DNA of 64,000 nt from Eledone cirrhosa (Eukaryota): assembly GCA_964016885.1 (NCBI GenBank), contig OZ024747.1, forward strand, positions 22,010,001 to 22,074,000, in the 5' to 3' direction. Below are positions 44,046 through 59,300 of this stretch, piece after piece (the first letter of the stretch is position 1; each line of letters starts with the position of its first letter). The position numbers and the translations under genes were made by a program. Under the pieces are notes generated by a model. It did not search any database and was not told the DNA's origin. It saw only the letters and a list, made by a program, of their open reading frames with translations.

Positions 44046-44744
44046 ACGTATGTATGTATGTGTCTGTGTTCTGCTTGTGTTTGCATGAGAGTGTACTTCT
44101 TGAAAGAGAATTTCGTAGGCATTAAGACTGGAGTGAGAGTAACTCCAGTTGTGATGAGAGGAAGTAAGGAATAAAGACTAAAGGCTAAGATAAACATGAG
44201 TGTTTCAAGGGTTCTCTATATAGAATTGTTATTATCCTGCAGTTTTATCGGATAACGCCAGACAGTAAACTGATAGCTGAAACTTTTCTACGTTTGGAGA
44301 GAGCATCAAACCTTTTGTGCTTTTTTTTTATACATATACGTATAGACACAAATACATTTTCACAGAAAAATACCCATATACATACGCGTATATACATATA
44401 TAAATATACACACATAATAACAAGGAATATTTACGTACACGCGTATATACCAGTGGCGAAGGGTAACCTGGAAAGCAGGGCATGCAGTTTAATCGCCATG
44501 ACGGAAAGTGGGGGTTGTGAAGCCCCCCCCCCCCCGCAATTCCCTCTAAATGACCCTCCCGGTCAAAGCCGCATGTAGTGTTATCTAGTGTGTGTGTGTG
44601 TGTGTGTGTGTTATCTTTTTATGTGTCTATGATTTAGAAAGCAGTCAAAATTCTGCTTGCTCCAAAGATGGCGTGTTATTGTGTGTGTGTGTGTGTGTAT
44701 GTGTGTGTTATCTTTTTTTATGTCTATACGTTTTAATAAGCAGC

Positions 44745-45038
44745 CAAAATTCTTTTGGAAGCCCATAACTTGAGTATTTGAACCTCTATTATCACAGGGT
44801 TTTTCTATTAATTAAACGTAAATCAACAAAAAAAGGACCTCTATCTTATAGTAAAATTTGGCTAATTTAGACATTTTATCTATGGCAAAACATCACTAGA
44901 ATTATGACAACAAAAATTGTTAGTTAATGCCTCTACTTTTTTAACATTTTCCCTTTAATTTTTCTCCATAAATTAATCATCATTTTCTTACAAAAAAAAA
45001 AGGTGTGAAACGCAGCAAGGCGCGGGTAATTCGGCTAG
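44745..45038 (+). mobile_element. Non-autonomous Helitron-like 3' fragment
   Basis: CGCAGCAAGGCGCGGG subterminal GC-rich motif followed by CTAG|T. Confidence 0.55.
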
Positions 45039-45064
45039 TATATATACATGTATATATGAGATAA

Positions 45065-45628
45065 ATACATACATACATACACACACACATACATACACAC
45101 ATACACACATACATACATACACACATAGATGCATACATACATACACACATAGATGCATACATACATACACACATGCATACATACACACATACATACATAC
45201 ACACACACATACATACACACATATATACATACACACACACATACATACACACATACACACATACATTCATACACACATGCATACATACATACATACACAC
45301 ATACATACACACATGCATACATACATACATACACACATACATACACACATACACACACACATACATACACACATACATACACACATACATACATACATAC
45401 ATACACACATACATACACACATATATACATATACACATAGACATATACATACACACACACATACATACACACACATAGACACATACATACACACACACAT
45501 ACATACATGTACCAGGGAAATGTGGGAAGTAAATAATCAGGGTTCGCAGTAGGCATTACTATAGAAGACTGCCAAGAAATGTCTTATCACTACATGGCAA
45601 TATGTAATATTATTTTGAAAGGAAACGT

Positions 45629-45704
<76 letters not shown>

Positions 45705-46362
45705 TCACGCACCCCCCACGCGCACCCCCCCATACACGCATAAACTAATACACACACACACGCACACAAACACTCACACACACACACTCACACACACACT
45801 CACACACACACACTCACACACACACACACACTCACACACACACTCACTCACGCACCCCCCACACGCGCACCCCCCCACACACACACGCATAAACTAATAC
45901 ACACACACACGCACACAAACACACACTCATACACACTCACACACACACACTCACACACATACACACACACTCACTCACACACACACACACACACACGCAC
46001 ACACACGCACTCACACACACACTCACTCACGCACACCCCCCACGCGCACCCCCCCCCACACACACGCATAAACTAATACACACACACACGCACACAAACA
46101 CACACTCACGCACACTCACACACACACACTCACACACACATACACACACACACACACACTCACAGATACACTCACACACACACTCACTCACGCGCACCTC
46201 CACACGCATAAACTAATACACACACACACGCACACAAACACACACTCACACACACTCACACACACACACTCACACACACACTCACTCACGCGCACCCCCA
46301 CACGCATAAACTAATACACACACACACGCACACAAACACACACTCACACACACTCACACACA

Positions 46363-46393
<31 letters not shown>

Positions 46394-46585
46394 TCACACA
46401 TACACTCACTCACACACACACACACTCACTCACTCACACGCGCACACACACACACGCATAAACTCACACACATAAACTCACACACACATACACACACGCA
46501 CACACACACACACATATACACATACATACACACACACATATACACATACATACACACACACACAAGCACGCACACATACCACACA
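45065..46585. repeat. (CATA)n/(CA)n compound arrays
   Basis: Direct inspection; CATAAACTAATA-marked higher-order units. Confidence 0.9.
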
Positions 46586-46701
46586 CTCTCTCTCAGTTCT
46601 TATCTCTCCGTGGTCAACTTTACCTTTCATCCATTCGAGGTCGATAAAAAAATACCAGTCTGGTACTGGGGTCGAATCTTCCTCTCTATCTCTTTCTCAC
46701 T

Positions 46702-46744
<43 letters not shown>

Positions 46745-47081
46745 TCTCTCTCTCTCCGTCCCTCACCCCCCCCCCCCTCTCACTTTCTCTCTCTCGCTTT
46801 CTATCCTTTTCTGGAAGAAACCTGATGTGTTCACACCTGGAGAGGGGATGGGCCCCGCAAGGCTTAAAAGGCCCTAGAAACACCACTACGGAGCTCCCAC
46901 GACTCCATCAGGAGTCACGGGACCATGTATACATGCATGTATGTATGCCTTAAAAAAGGGAGCAACATTTCATACAAATCGAAGATTATATGTAAAAATA
47001 TAAATGTAAAGTACAGAAGTGTATTTAATGGTTTTTATTTTTCTGTAATTCGACAAAACAAATATTATTTTATCAAATAAT

Positions 47082-47259
47082 TGTTTCTACTTTTGGCACA
47101 AGGCGAGCAATTATCTCAGTACATTACTGGTACTATTTTATCGACCCCGAAAGGCAAAGTTAACCTCAGCAAGATTTGAACTCAGACCGCAAAGGGACGT
47201 AACTCTATACTGCAAAGCATGGCGTCCGACCCTCTACAGATACTGCCAATCCACCTCCC
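47082..47259 (-). mobile_element. SINE with 15-bp TSD
   Basis: ATTTTATCAAATAAT at 47067-47081 and 47260-47274. Confidence 0.85.
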
Positions 47260-47329
47260 ATTTTATCAAATAATAGCGGTTTTGATTGGTTAAATCAAGC
47301 ATATCAGATAATAGTTAATTCATATTAAA

Positions 47330-47431
47330 TAAAGTGCCTTGCTTGAGGACATAACGCATCGCCCGGTACAGGAATCGAACTCACAACCTCACGATTGCGA
47401 ATCCAATACTCTAACCACTCAGCCACGCGCT
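47330..47431 (-). mobile_element. tRNA-derived CORE-type SINE 5' part
   Basis: GTGGCTGAGTGGTTAG (A box), GAGTTCGATTCC (B box), TGTCCTCAAGCAAGGCACTT. Confidence 0.7.
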
Positions 47432-47550
47432 TTCACTATTCTTGTATATAAAGGAAGTATAATAGGAATGCGCTGAGCGAAGTTCGGAGTTGAAATAGAA
47501 ATGGAAGCTTCACTGTAATATCTGTAATATTTTGACTATATGACATAGAC

Positions 47551-49990
47551 CAAAGGTTCTAAACGGGGGCATATGCACCCCCGGGGGGCGTTTCGGAACT
47601 CCAGAGAGGGGGGGGGGGGGGTGGAGCTTGAGGGGGCGGGGCTGGAAGACTCTTTACTTTGGTAAGTTTTATAAGCCATATTTGTATGTCTTTGAGACAG
47701 CCAGTGTGAATGTATTTGAATGAGCTTGCAGACAGCATAACTATAGTCTGACCGCAGCTGTGAGCAGGTGTGCAGGCGTGTCTAGAAATTAACCGGTAAT
47801 TGACACCCTAAAAATGAAAAAAACACACATTCATCTGGGTCAAGGACACTTTGAGCGCAGCCAGTTAGAATCTTATCTTTCCTTCACCGATAACAATGTA
47901 TTTCAATCTGAAATTAATGACTCAACTGTAACGAGTTAACACTATGTAGATCTATTCTATTCCCTATTGTATAAATAATATTACAAATAAAAAAAAGAAA
48001 AAAACACAGAAGCGGGTAGCACACACATCAAGGACCACATACAACACATAAGGAGGTAGCACACACACATCTAAGACCACATACACCACATAAGCAGGTA
48101 ATACACACATCTAGGATCACATGCAACACATAAGGAGGAAGCACACACACACATCTAGGACCACATAAAACACACAGGCAGGTAATACATACATCTAGGA
48201 CCACATACAACACATAAGCAGGTAATACAAACATCTAGGACCACATACAACACATAATCAGGTAATACAAACATCTAGGACCACATACAACACATAAGGA
48301 GGTAATACATACAGCTGGGACCACATACAACACACATTGTATCATGTGCTACGGACGACGCAAGAGCAATGGTCGGCCAACATAAGGGCTTCGTCACTCT
48401 TCTGAAGAGAGAAAATATATCTGTATTTGCTGTTCATTGTGTCATTCATCGACAACACTTGGCTGCAAAGAAATTCAGCAAGCCTCTGAGCAAGTCCTTG
48501 CAGGTGGCCATTGATGTCATCAATTTTATCAAACGGCATTCCCTCAATGAACGAATTTTCCAGCAACTGTGCCAAGATAATGACGAAGAATTCGTCAAGT
48601 TGCTCCTTCATACTAAAGTCAGGTGGCTTTCAAAGGGCAAGTGCTTTACTCACTTCTTTGAACTCTTCGACTTTATCATTGAGTTTCTGCGAGGACGCAA
48701 CACAGAACTGTACAAGAAAACCCTCGATGTGAGGAAAGACTGCGCCTACCTCACCGACATCTTCGACAAATGCAATAGCGTCATTTTGGCTTTGCAGGGG
48801 AATAAGATCACCTTGCTTAAAGCAAGGAATGCAGTGAAAACATTCCTGGCCAAATTGAATGTCATCGAAAGGAATCTTTGTTGACGGGAATTCTATAATT
48901 TTCCTAGTGTCGCCAATGTTCAAAACATTGTAAGCGATGACCAACATGAGAGAACATGAGAGAACGGTTTGTCGACCTTTTGCCGATAGACATCCCAATG
49001 TGGGTAGCAGATGCTTTCATAGCTAACGTCGACGATTTGGACGTTATATTTCAGGAAGAATTCATTGAACTTCAAGCAGATGACATGATCAAAATTAGAT
49101 TTCCCAAAATAGGTGAACCCCTTTTTTGGATGCAAGAGGAAATTCAGCGTCGATTTCCACACCTACATGCAGAGGCTAAGAGATTTGCTTTGCCTTTTCC
49201 AAGCTCATACTTAGTCGAGAGGAGGTTTGGTGTTGTTTCCAGACTGCACAGTAAGGCTCGCAACCGCTACAATGTAATTACACGTGGAGATCTCTGGCTA
49301 CATCTTAGGAAAATTCAGCCTCACGTCAAAGAGTTATCTAGACTCCATGAAGCTCAAGGGTCCCATTGAAATGAGTCAAAGTTAAAATAAGTTGATTTAT
49401 CCGAAAACTTGGATATGCTATTGTTACAAAGCAAACTAAAAATTTTTTTATTTGTAGTTGCAGTCTGACTGGACTGGAAACCATCTACTACAATTCAATT
49501 ACTCATTTGTTGTATATATTTTACCATTTATTAATAAATATACCCTCTTCCGTGGTCTCTAAGCTCACAAAACATTTATTCTGTCCGTTTCATTAAAGGG
49601 AAAATTGGAAAGCTTTGAAATGATATAATTGTCACTTTCTTCCAGATAAGAGCACTCTTTGGATAGACAGAGTTGCTCTTGTATAAATGTTCAAAATAGC
49701 TGGTATCGCCTGGTGGGAATATAACAAATTCAACTGGTCCTTATTCATAAAAAAGAACATTTATGTTCCTTTTTTTGAAATTTATATATTTCCTTTCAAG
49801 GAATGTATTTATACTCTCAGCTGCCTGCAATGGTATCTTTGGAATGTTGTTAATCAATTTTTTAGTAATCTACTGATATCAATATCAGTAGTATATTGAA
49901 AAATGGAAAAATAGGGTAGAGGGGGGAGGACGTTTCGTGATTTCAAGGGACAAAAGGGGGCATTTGGCCTAAATGGGTTGAGAACCTATG
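47551..49990 (+). mobile_element. Defective Buster-type hAT DNA transposon, copy 1
   Basis: TIR CAAAGGTTCTAAAC / GTTGAGAACCTATG; flanks ACATAGAC and CACTAGAG do not match; internal ~39-bp minisatellite at 48005-48335. Confidence 0.9.
48345..49369 (+). pseudogene. hAT (Buster/ZBED5-8-like) transposase, N-truncated and disrupted
   Basis: HCVIHRQHLAAK, LLLHTKVRWLSKG, AYLTDIF, LPFPSSYLVER, RGDL; TGA at 48882 and a small deletion. Confidence 0.9.
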
Positions 49991-50415
49991 CACTAGAGTA
50001 TAACTGTAACAATAGAATCTGAAGACGTTATATTTCTTGGCGCATGCGGACTACCCTCTCTCTCTCTCTTTCTTTCCAATTCTCTTACTCTCCTTTATAT
50101 AGATAGAGCCGTGATGTTAATCTCCTTGGACAACCGTCTTCTCTTATAATCACGGTCCAAATAAACGCTTTTAAGAGAAATAGGGTAGACAGAAACTGCT
50201 CAAAATCCCATCGGACGACTCTGGACTTAAACCACTAAGGCAGTCATGGGCAAACTGCGGCCCGACAGCCGCATGTGGCCCGTTTGGTTTTCTGAATGAC
50301 ACAGTTAACCTCTGCGGTATTTGACCTCAGAACGTAAAGGGCTGTAGCTATAAGTCGCAAGGAATATTGTTCAATGTTCTACTAATACTACCAATCCACC
50401 GTCCTTGACTAATAA

Positions 50416-50625
50416 TGATTTCTAGTATAGGTACAAGGCCAGTAATTTGGGGGGAGTGGAAAGTCGATTAAATCGACCCCAGTACGTTACTGGTGCTTTA
50501 TTTTATCGACCCCGTAAAGATGAAAGGCAAAGTTACCCTCGACGGAATTCGAACTCAGACCGTAAAGGACCGTAACAAAGCATGGTGTCCGACTCTCTAC
50601 CGATACGGCGAATCCACCGCCCTGC
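50416..50625 (-). mobile_element. SINE with TSD
   Basis: CCTTGACTAATAAT duplicated; orthologous copy at ~63254-63717. Confidence 0.85.
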
Positions 50626-50765
50626 CCTTGACTAATAATAAAACCGAAGTGAAACTTAAGAGGTGTGCGTGTTTTTGTGGGTGGCATGACCTCCCGAAAA
50701 TATAGCAATATCTATTTCAATACAGGATTTTATATTACGTATCACAGAAACAAATCCAAGAACGA

Positions 50766-50826
<61 letters not shown>

Positions 50827-51311
50827 CCCCCCCCCCCACACGCATAACTCACACACACACACATAAACTAATACACACACACACACACATAAACTAATAC
50901 ACACACACACGCACACAGATTATACAACTCATAGCTTCCTGTTCAATTTTAAAATTAAGTATGTAGTTCAGTCATGCATTGAAGCAGGCATGTCAAACTG
51001 AGGGTCCCCCAAGGGGCCGCATGGGTCACATATGTGTTGTCTGAGGGCCGCACACGACAACTAATTGTGCCGAAAGTGAGAGAGAGGAAGGGAAAAAGAG
51101 ATATAGAGGAAGAATTGACACCCTCGCCCCCAGTACTTGACTGGTACTTTATTTTTTATTGATCTCGAAATGATGAAAGGCAAAGTTGACCTAGGCAGGA
51201 TTTGAACCTAAAGAGCAGAGAGTCGGAACGAATACATACTTACATTCATACATACATATGCACGCAAACTGTCACACGCACGCCTGCACATACACACCTA
51301 CACACACACAC

Positions 51312-51344
<33 letters not shown>

Positions 51345-51351
<7 letters not shown>

Positions 51352-51706
51352 GATCGAGTATCGAAAAATCGGCGCACGAGTTCACGATAAACGAAATTCG
51401 ATATGAGCGGCAGAGGGCTCAATAATTCAGATGAATCAGAGCTATAACTATCGTTAAAATACCGTCACATATAGAACAAGTCTACAATCAACCATACGAT
51501 TTAAAATCGATAAAGGAAGATTCGGGCCAAACAGATAAAAAATATCAATAAAACAATACGTCAATAATTTAAATGAATGTAAAATCATACCCGGACCCAC
51601 TAGACAGGTGTTAAATCTAGCTTCATGGGTTTCTGTAAATCCTTAGACTGTACTCTATCAGCTCACATATAAATATAAAAGCCTACTAGAGCAAGTGGAA
51701 CGGAGG

Positions 51707-51710
<4 letters not shown>
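51345..51710 (-). mobile_element. Probable PLE pLTR/tail fragment (related tail at 52420-52530 +)
   Basis: Flanked by (TA)n; GCTC-TGATT..AATTA-TT-GAGC bulged hairpin. Confidence 0.5.
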
Positions 51711-51775
<65 letters not shown>

Positions 51776-52566
51776 TAGATATATATGAATAAAGTTAGTC
51801 CTTCATCAGTGATCTTCCAACCATCATTGGTATTTCATCGCTTTAAAGACCATATACCTCCGGTTAGTGCGAGCAACGGCTAAAAAAAGTCGTTGGGACA
51901 CGAGTGTAAACAAACAAAGATGGTGAAGCAACGAAAAGTGAGGAAGAAGGAGTCAACTCCCAAATTTCTATGAATTTAAATTCGGTGAAATCGTGAACGA
52001 GAGAGAATAAAGGCCATCAAACCTGGTTGGAATGTGAACAAGGAAGGAATTCTGTACAGGTCTAACGGGAGGAAGAAGGGATCTAGTCTGTGATTTCGGT
52101 GAACGTAAGTTCTGTGAAATCGTAGACGAGAGAGAGAAAAAAAGCGACCTGCCAGACCAAGGGTGCGAAAGAAAAGAATTACGCACAGGTCAAACGGGAT
52201 ATATATATATATATATGTATAATATATATATATATATTTCGTTTCTGAATTTGTTTAGCAAGATTCTTTATCTGAAATCGTGTGTTGAAAAGGGTCATGT
52301 TGCCAATAAGAAACACACGCACTAGTTGCTTTCACTTCAATTTATTATAATAAATTTATAATAAATATATATATATATATATTAAGTATATATGTATAAT
52401 ATATATATATATATATATACGGTAGTTATAGCTCTGATTTATCCAAATTATTGAGCCCTCTGCCACACATGTCGGATATTGTTTATCGTGATTTCGTGGG
52501 CTGATATTCCGATTCTCGATTATTCTACTATAATATATATATATATATGTATAATATATATATATG

Positions 52567-52650
<84 letters not shown>

Positions 52651-52741
52651 AATATATATATGTATAGTTGAGACAGTAAACAAAAAAGAAAAAAAAAACA
52701 ACGTGGAAGCGAAGAGGCAGTACAAATGTTAATATTAGTTT

Positions 52742-52843
<102 letters not shown>

Positions 52844-52868
52844 TATATATATATATACACACACACAG

Positions 52869-52978
<110 letters not shown>

Positions 52979-53229
52979 GGTATGTGCCAAAATGTTGACA
53001 TTTAATCCTGTGATATCCACTCCAACGTCTAGCTGATGACTCACCTTAGTTCTTAGTCATTCTTGGCTGGTATATCTGCGTGTGTTAACATCAATAGGTT
53101 TAAGGAAAAGACAACCCCGTTCTCAATGGGTCAAGATAAGAGACGGCTCTCAATATATGTTTACTTTCATCAGATGAATGGTAGAAAATGTTTGAGAATT
53201 TATTATATTAAATGTTTGAGAATTTAACG

Positions 53230-53649
53230 TGGCGGTGGATTGGCAGTATCAGTTGAGAGTTGGGCGGCATGCTTTGCAGCATAGAGTTACGGCCGTTTAT
53301 AATCTGAGTTCAACTTTGAGGTTGACTTTGCCTTTCATCCTTACGGGGTCGATAAAATAAAGTACCAGTAATCCACTGGCATAATTGCTGGCCTTGTGCC
53401 AAAAGTAGAAACAATTATATAACGTGTCATTTACACATAAATTTTATGGTTTTATTTTCCTTTTTATTTACTTTTATAGAATTCATAAGGCGGCGAATTG
53501 ACAGAGTGGTTAGAACGTCGGATAGAATGGTTTCTGGTATTCGTTCCGTCTCTCTCTCTGCTCACTCAATTCAGATCTCTCTCAGATCAACTTTGTCTTT
53601 AATCTTTTCAAAGTCGATAAAAAAAATGTACCAATTCAGTACTGGGCTC

Positions 53650-53652
<3 letters not shown>
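53230..53652 (+). mobile_element. Two SINE copies
   Basis: 53230-53418 and 53488-53652. Confidence 0.8.
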
Positions 53653-53724
<72 letters not shown>

Positions 53725-53781
53725 TCTCTTTATCCTTATCGATTTTAGTCTTAGGATTTTAGTCTTCAAATTTATTATTAT

Positions 53782-53784
<3 letters not shown>

Positions 53785-53825
<41 letters not shown>

Positions 53826-53962
53826 GAGGATGACTGTCTGTCTGTCTGTCTGTGTAAATCCCTAAAACTCGAGAAGTACCTATCCCAATTTTTTCTAACT
53901 TTTCACATGTGTTACTTATATTTCTTGAAGTGTAATGGGCTAAAAAAAATTCAATTTAAATA
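53785..53962 (+). mobile_element. Helitron-like 5' fragment
   Basis: CTATATA..ATAATAGAGGATGAC(TGTC)n start resembling non-autonomous Helitrons. Confidence 0.4.
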
Positions 53963-54039
<77 letters not shown>

Positions 54040-54042
<3 letters not shown>

Positions 54043-54950
54043 ATACTATTTATAGTTATAAACAACTATAAATAGGAAGGTCAGTAATTTCTTAATTACC
54101 TTATTACCAGTAAGAGAAATAGCTCAATGTATGAACATCAGTTGTTTTACAGAGCAGTTAAATAAATAAATTATACAATTATCAAAGTTGTGTTCAAATC
54201 ATTTAATAGCTGACAATCGTTTCTTCCAAACTCTCGTTTCTTCCAAACTCTCGTTTGGAGTCATCGGAGCATTATCAATGTTTGCACATATAATTACCCT
54301 CCTATTCAACTGAACAATAATATAGATACATATAAATTGATGTTGTGAGCAACAGTTTCGTATTTACAGGGTGGATTGGATGTGACATATATTTTACGAG
54401 AATTGTACAATAATTGTACAAACATTCAAGTTCAAATTCAAATCAAAATTCAAATCAAAATCAAAATCAAAATCAAAAGCACGGAGTGGAATACATGCAA
54501 CAGTTAAAACAAGGGAATAGTCCAAATATTAAAGAGGCATTGAGGAAGCAGCTTTGAGAAAGAAAGAGTGCGATAACAAATCATATGCAGGCGTGTGGAT
54601 AGTGTGACTGCGTAAGTCATATACATGAGAAGGAGACAAGCAAAGCTATTATGCATATATAGATGAATAAATACTGCAGTTGAAGCAAATATGTTAATGT
54701 ATTAGAGTCTATGGTGGGTGTTGAATGTTAATGGTGTTCGAATTAATGTGTGTTGAGAAACATACAGTTTTTGCATACTTTTCCATGACATATGTTGAAT
54801 TAAATTTCAGTTAATGTTTATATTGAGTGTTTTAAGTTAGTTAGAGCAATGGATTGTAAATTAGTCTTAATGAATTCATATTCATAGGGTAGGCGGCCTT
54901 CATGTTACCACTGTTTAAGCAGTGGTCACCTGAAGGCTTACTGTCCTCAG
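54040..54950 (-). mobile_element. PLE pLTR plus probable 3' UTR
   Basis: Hammerhead 54209-54270 (CCGATGA, with a short internal tandem duplication); bulged hairpin 54122-54155; ends in (TA)n. Confidence 0.65.
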
Positions 54951-55044
54951 TTAACTAAAAAAAAAAAGAGGCACTACTGCCAACACCCAAAACAACAACA
55001 CCACCACCACCACCACCACCACCACCACCACCACCACCACCACC

Positions 55045-55077
<33 letters not shown>

Positions 55078-55879
55078 CGCAAACACAACCAAAACAAGAA
55101 CAACAAACCAACCTGCAAGCACAGTCCCACCCAACCCACTCCACCTAAAACCACTGCAAAAACACTCACAAACACAACAGCTCCCCAAAACATACCCCTT
55201 CCAAATAACACAGACACCACAACGGACGAGGCCCCCACATCATCACCAAGTGATGATGAGGGAGAGCCTCATCGTTCGAAAAGAAAGAAGAAAAAAACAA
55301 CAAACATCACTACAAACATACAACCACCAACACAAACAACACAAACATTACAAACAAAACCCCCCCGTCCCGAAAACAAAACCACGACATCACTCCAAAC
55401 ACAAACACCTACAACAAAACGAAAGCTCCCACAAGAACAACAGACAAAAACCACCGCAACACAACAAGAACATTACACATACATAAACAGTAAAAACAAA
55501 ACGACCCTTCGGTGAAAACCAAAGGGGAAACTTTTTCGAACTGTGTAGACAAACCTAATTTAAAGATGATTAGGGTCCCTACGGACACCTATAAGTCCCT
55601 ACGGACACCTATAAGTCCCTACGGACACCTATAAGTCTTTAAAGGAAAAGGTTAAACCCATTAACCGCGTCCTTTAAAAAAGTTTCCCCACCCTCACACC
55701 CAGACACACCTACCCAGACACCCCTACCCCACCAAACATCTCCGTCCCCACCCCGCCGGAAACCACCATCCACCCAGACAACTCCTCTAACACCCCCATG
55801 GAAACCGTGCGGCCTGATCCCCGGGATACGAAGAGGTGAGTGTTTTCTTCTCCTCTTTTAACTTTTCAGAACTAACATG

Positions 55880-56384
<505 letters not shown>

Positions 56385-56393
56385 AGAACCAAC

Positions 56394-59300
56394 ATGGCCA
56401 ATATAAGAGTTGGGTGTGTTAATGTACGCGGCCTGGGGATGCCCTGGAAACAGGGCAAATTATTAAACGACCTCAGGTCGCACAGTATGGATGTAGTAGC
56501 CATTTGCGAGTCCAGGATCCACAGCGAGCGACAGCTGGCCCCCATCTTCGATGACTTTGAGATCTACACATCTCTCTGTCAGCCGGGGGGCGGGGGCGGG
56601 GTTGCCGTTTTGCTGCGGAAACACCTGGGCCTCGTAACACAGACGGTACATCTGGACCCGGAGGGTCGACTGGTGGTCCTAGACGTTGACGGTAGTGAAG
56701 GTGGAGCCTTCAGGCTGGTGGCTGCATATGCCCCATCCGGGACACCGCGGCCAGACTTCTTCAAACGTCTAGAGACTTTTCTGGGAACGTTCCGCTCCTT
56801 TCTTTTAGTGGGGGACTGGAATGGAATCCTAGATGCACGTTGGGACTATGTGGGAGCATATCCCGATAAAGGGGTGTGTAACATCCTCAAACAGTTAATC
56901 GGCCGATTTGACCTGGCCGATAGATATCGACTAGATTTTCAGACTGTGCCACGGTGGACGTGGACTATCGCAGCGGAACATCTAGATCGTACCTAGATAG
57001 GGTTCTAGTTAGAAATAAGGATAGGGACATGTTAAGCTGTCCACAAATGTTCATGGTTGCCTATTCAGATCACAAACTAGTGACCTGCATGGTCAATCTT
57101 GATAGAACCCATAGACAAGGACCCGGCTACTGGAAGCTGAACTTGTCGTTACTGACATGCAAAGACTACAGTAGACGGATTAGCACGTTAGTTAAAAAGC
57201 ACTTGACAGGGGCCATTGTCAACAACAGATGGTGGTACTCTCTCAAGAGGGCAGTTATATTAGACTCGTTAGTTTTAGTAAAGAATTAGTGTTAGATAGA
57301 AATAGAACCGAGAAAGAACTGGTAGATAAAGTAGAAGAGGCAATTAGAGGTGGCAACGTAGCCAGCGTGCTAGCAACGAGAACGGCCTTGGACCAGTTCT
57401 TCGACGCAAAGCATGAGGGCTTTGTTGTCAGAAGAAAAATACGTGCCCTGGGAAACGAGGGAGCCAAAGCTGTTAGCTGGGCCAGAGTGACGGAGGCAAA
57501 AAGTGGCAACAAATCCACGATTCGGTCTTTGAAGGACCAAAACGGACGCGTGATACGTGAGCCGAAGCAGATGTGTGCGGAATTTCAGCGGCACTTTGCT
57601 CAACTGTTCGGACAGGGCGGCGCGCCGGGAGGGGCTATGGATTTCGGTCCATACCTCGACGGCCTACGGCGACTCTCGGACAGCGACGCAGAGTTCTGCG
57701 AAAAGCCGATTTCAGCCGCTGAGATAGGGGACGCGTTGAGCCAATGCGGCAAACGCAAATCTCCAGGTCTCGACGGTCTACCCTACGAATTTTACGTAGC
57801 AATGCCGGACTTATTCTCCGGTCTCCTGGAAGCGATCTACTGCAACTGGCAACAGAACGGGAGAATTCCCAGTTCTGTGACCGGGGGCGTAGTCACACTA
57901 GTCAGGAAGGACGAGAATAAGGGGGATGACATAGGCAACTTCCGGCCCATAACTCTGCTAAACACAGTGTTACAGATTTTGACCAAGGTGTTGGCAAAGA
58001 GGCTGGCGCTTGTCGTCGGGAACCTGGTGGGAGAAGCGCAGACATGCGCAATCCCGACCAGGTCCATACACGACAACCTCCACCTCATGCGATACATCAT
58101 AGAGAGGGTGGGGTGTAAACACGGCTTCGGTGGGGCCCTGATCAACTTGGATCAGTCTAAGGCTTTCGATAGGGTTGACCATCGTTACCTGGATGCGGTG
58201 CTCGAGGCGGCAGGCTTCGGACCCGTGTTCAGGGGCTGGATTGCTGCAATGCATAACAGCAACGTCTGCTCAAGGGTTAAGGTGAACGGCTACCTCTCGG
58301 AGCCGTTCCATATCACGCGATCCATTCGACAGAGATGCCCTCTCTCCTTCCTTCTGTACGTATTGACTCTCGAGCCACTACTGTGGAGGTTGGAGCTATT
58401 GCAGGGCATCCCTCTGGAACCGGGACTGCGAAAAGCGGCGTCGGCTACGCCGACGACGTGACAGTAATGGTGTCGAGCGCCTCGCAAATCGAGGAAGTCG
58501 GCACCTTACTGAAGGAATACGAAAGGTTCACAGGAGCGAAGCTGAAGCGGGACAAGTCCATCGGTTTGCAATTCGGATCGTGGAGAGGCAGACCGATGCC
58601 TTCCGATGGCGTCGTCGGACGCTGGACGGAAGGACCAGTAAAGCTGCTCTGGGTCTGGTTTGGTCCGGACCTCCAGGTGGAGAAGAACTGGAACGAGGTG
58701 TCGGCCAAGGTGTTTGCACTCACCCAGAAGTGGGCCGAGTGAAAACTATCCTTGAAAGGTTGAGCGGAGGTGGCGAACACATTTATAGCGTCCGCCATCT
58801 ACTACCGCTTGACCGTCGTGCCTTGTCCAGCCAAAACGCTCGCCAAAATGGAGCGCGCGCTCTTCTAATTCCTTTGGAAGAGGCGGGTTCCTTTGGTGAG
58901 AAGATCCATCTGCTGCCAACGCCCTTCCAACGGAGGGCTGGGGATGCCGTGGCTAACGATGCGCAAACACGCGCTCAGGCTGCGGCATCTCTACGTATTC
59001 CTCACCGGACAACCCGTGTGGGCCCCGTGAGGCGAGCATTCCCACGACTCGTCTCGCTGACCGAGCTGCAGTCCTGGATCAAGCAAAGACCGAGGAAAAT
59101 GGGCGACTGGCACATCGAATGTGCTCAGGCGCCCACAGCCCTCTGGCAGGCGGACCCGGCGATCAGTGGAGACTCCACTTCGTCATTCTATAGAGGGGTG
59201 ATCCGCAGCAAGTGCGACGAGGTGCTCGGTGAAACTCTAGGCGTAGAGGAAGATGAACTGGCCAGTCTGTTCGGTAGGACCTTCCGCCCGGGACCGATGG

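Noticed and set aside
46800-46925. Hammerhead in the repeat shared with 60115-60245; also 51615-51665 (-)
   Set aside because: Cores (CTGGAGA, CCGGAGA, CTGATAGA) and stems are too degenerate to call.
47330-47431. tRNA gene
   Set aside because: A/B boxes run directly into a SINE CORE-like domain and there is no complete acceptor stem.
54895-54938. SECIS element
   Set aside because: Lacks the tandem GA/GA quartet on either strand.
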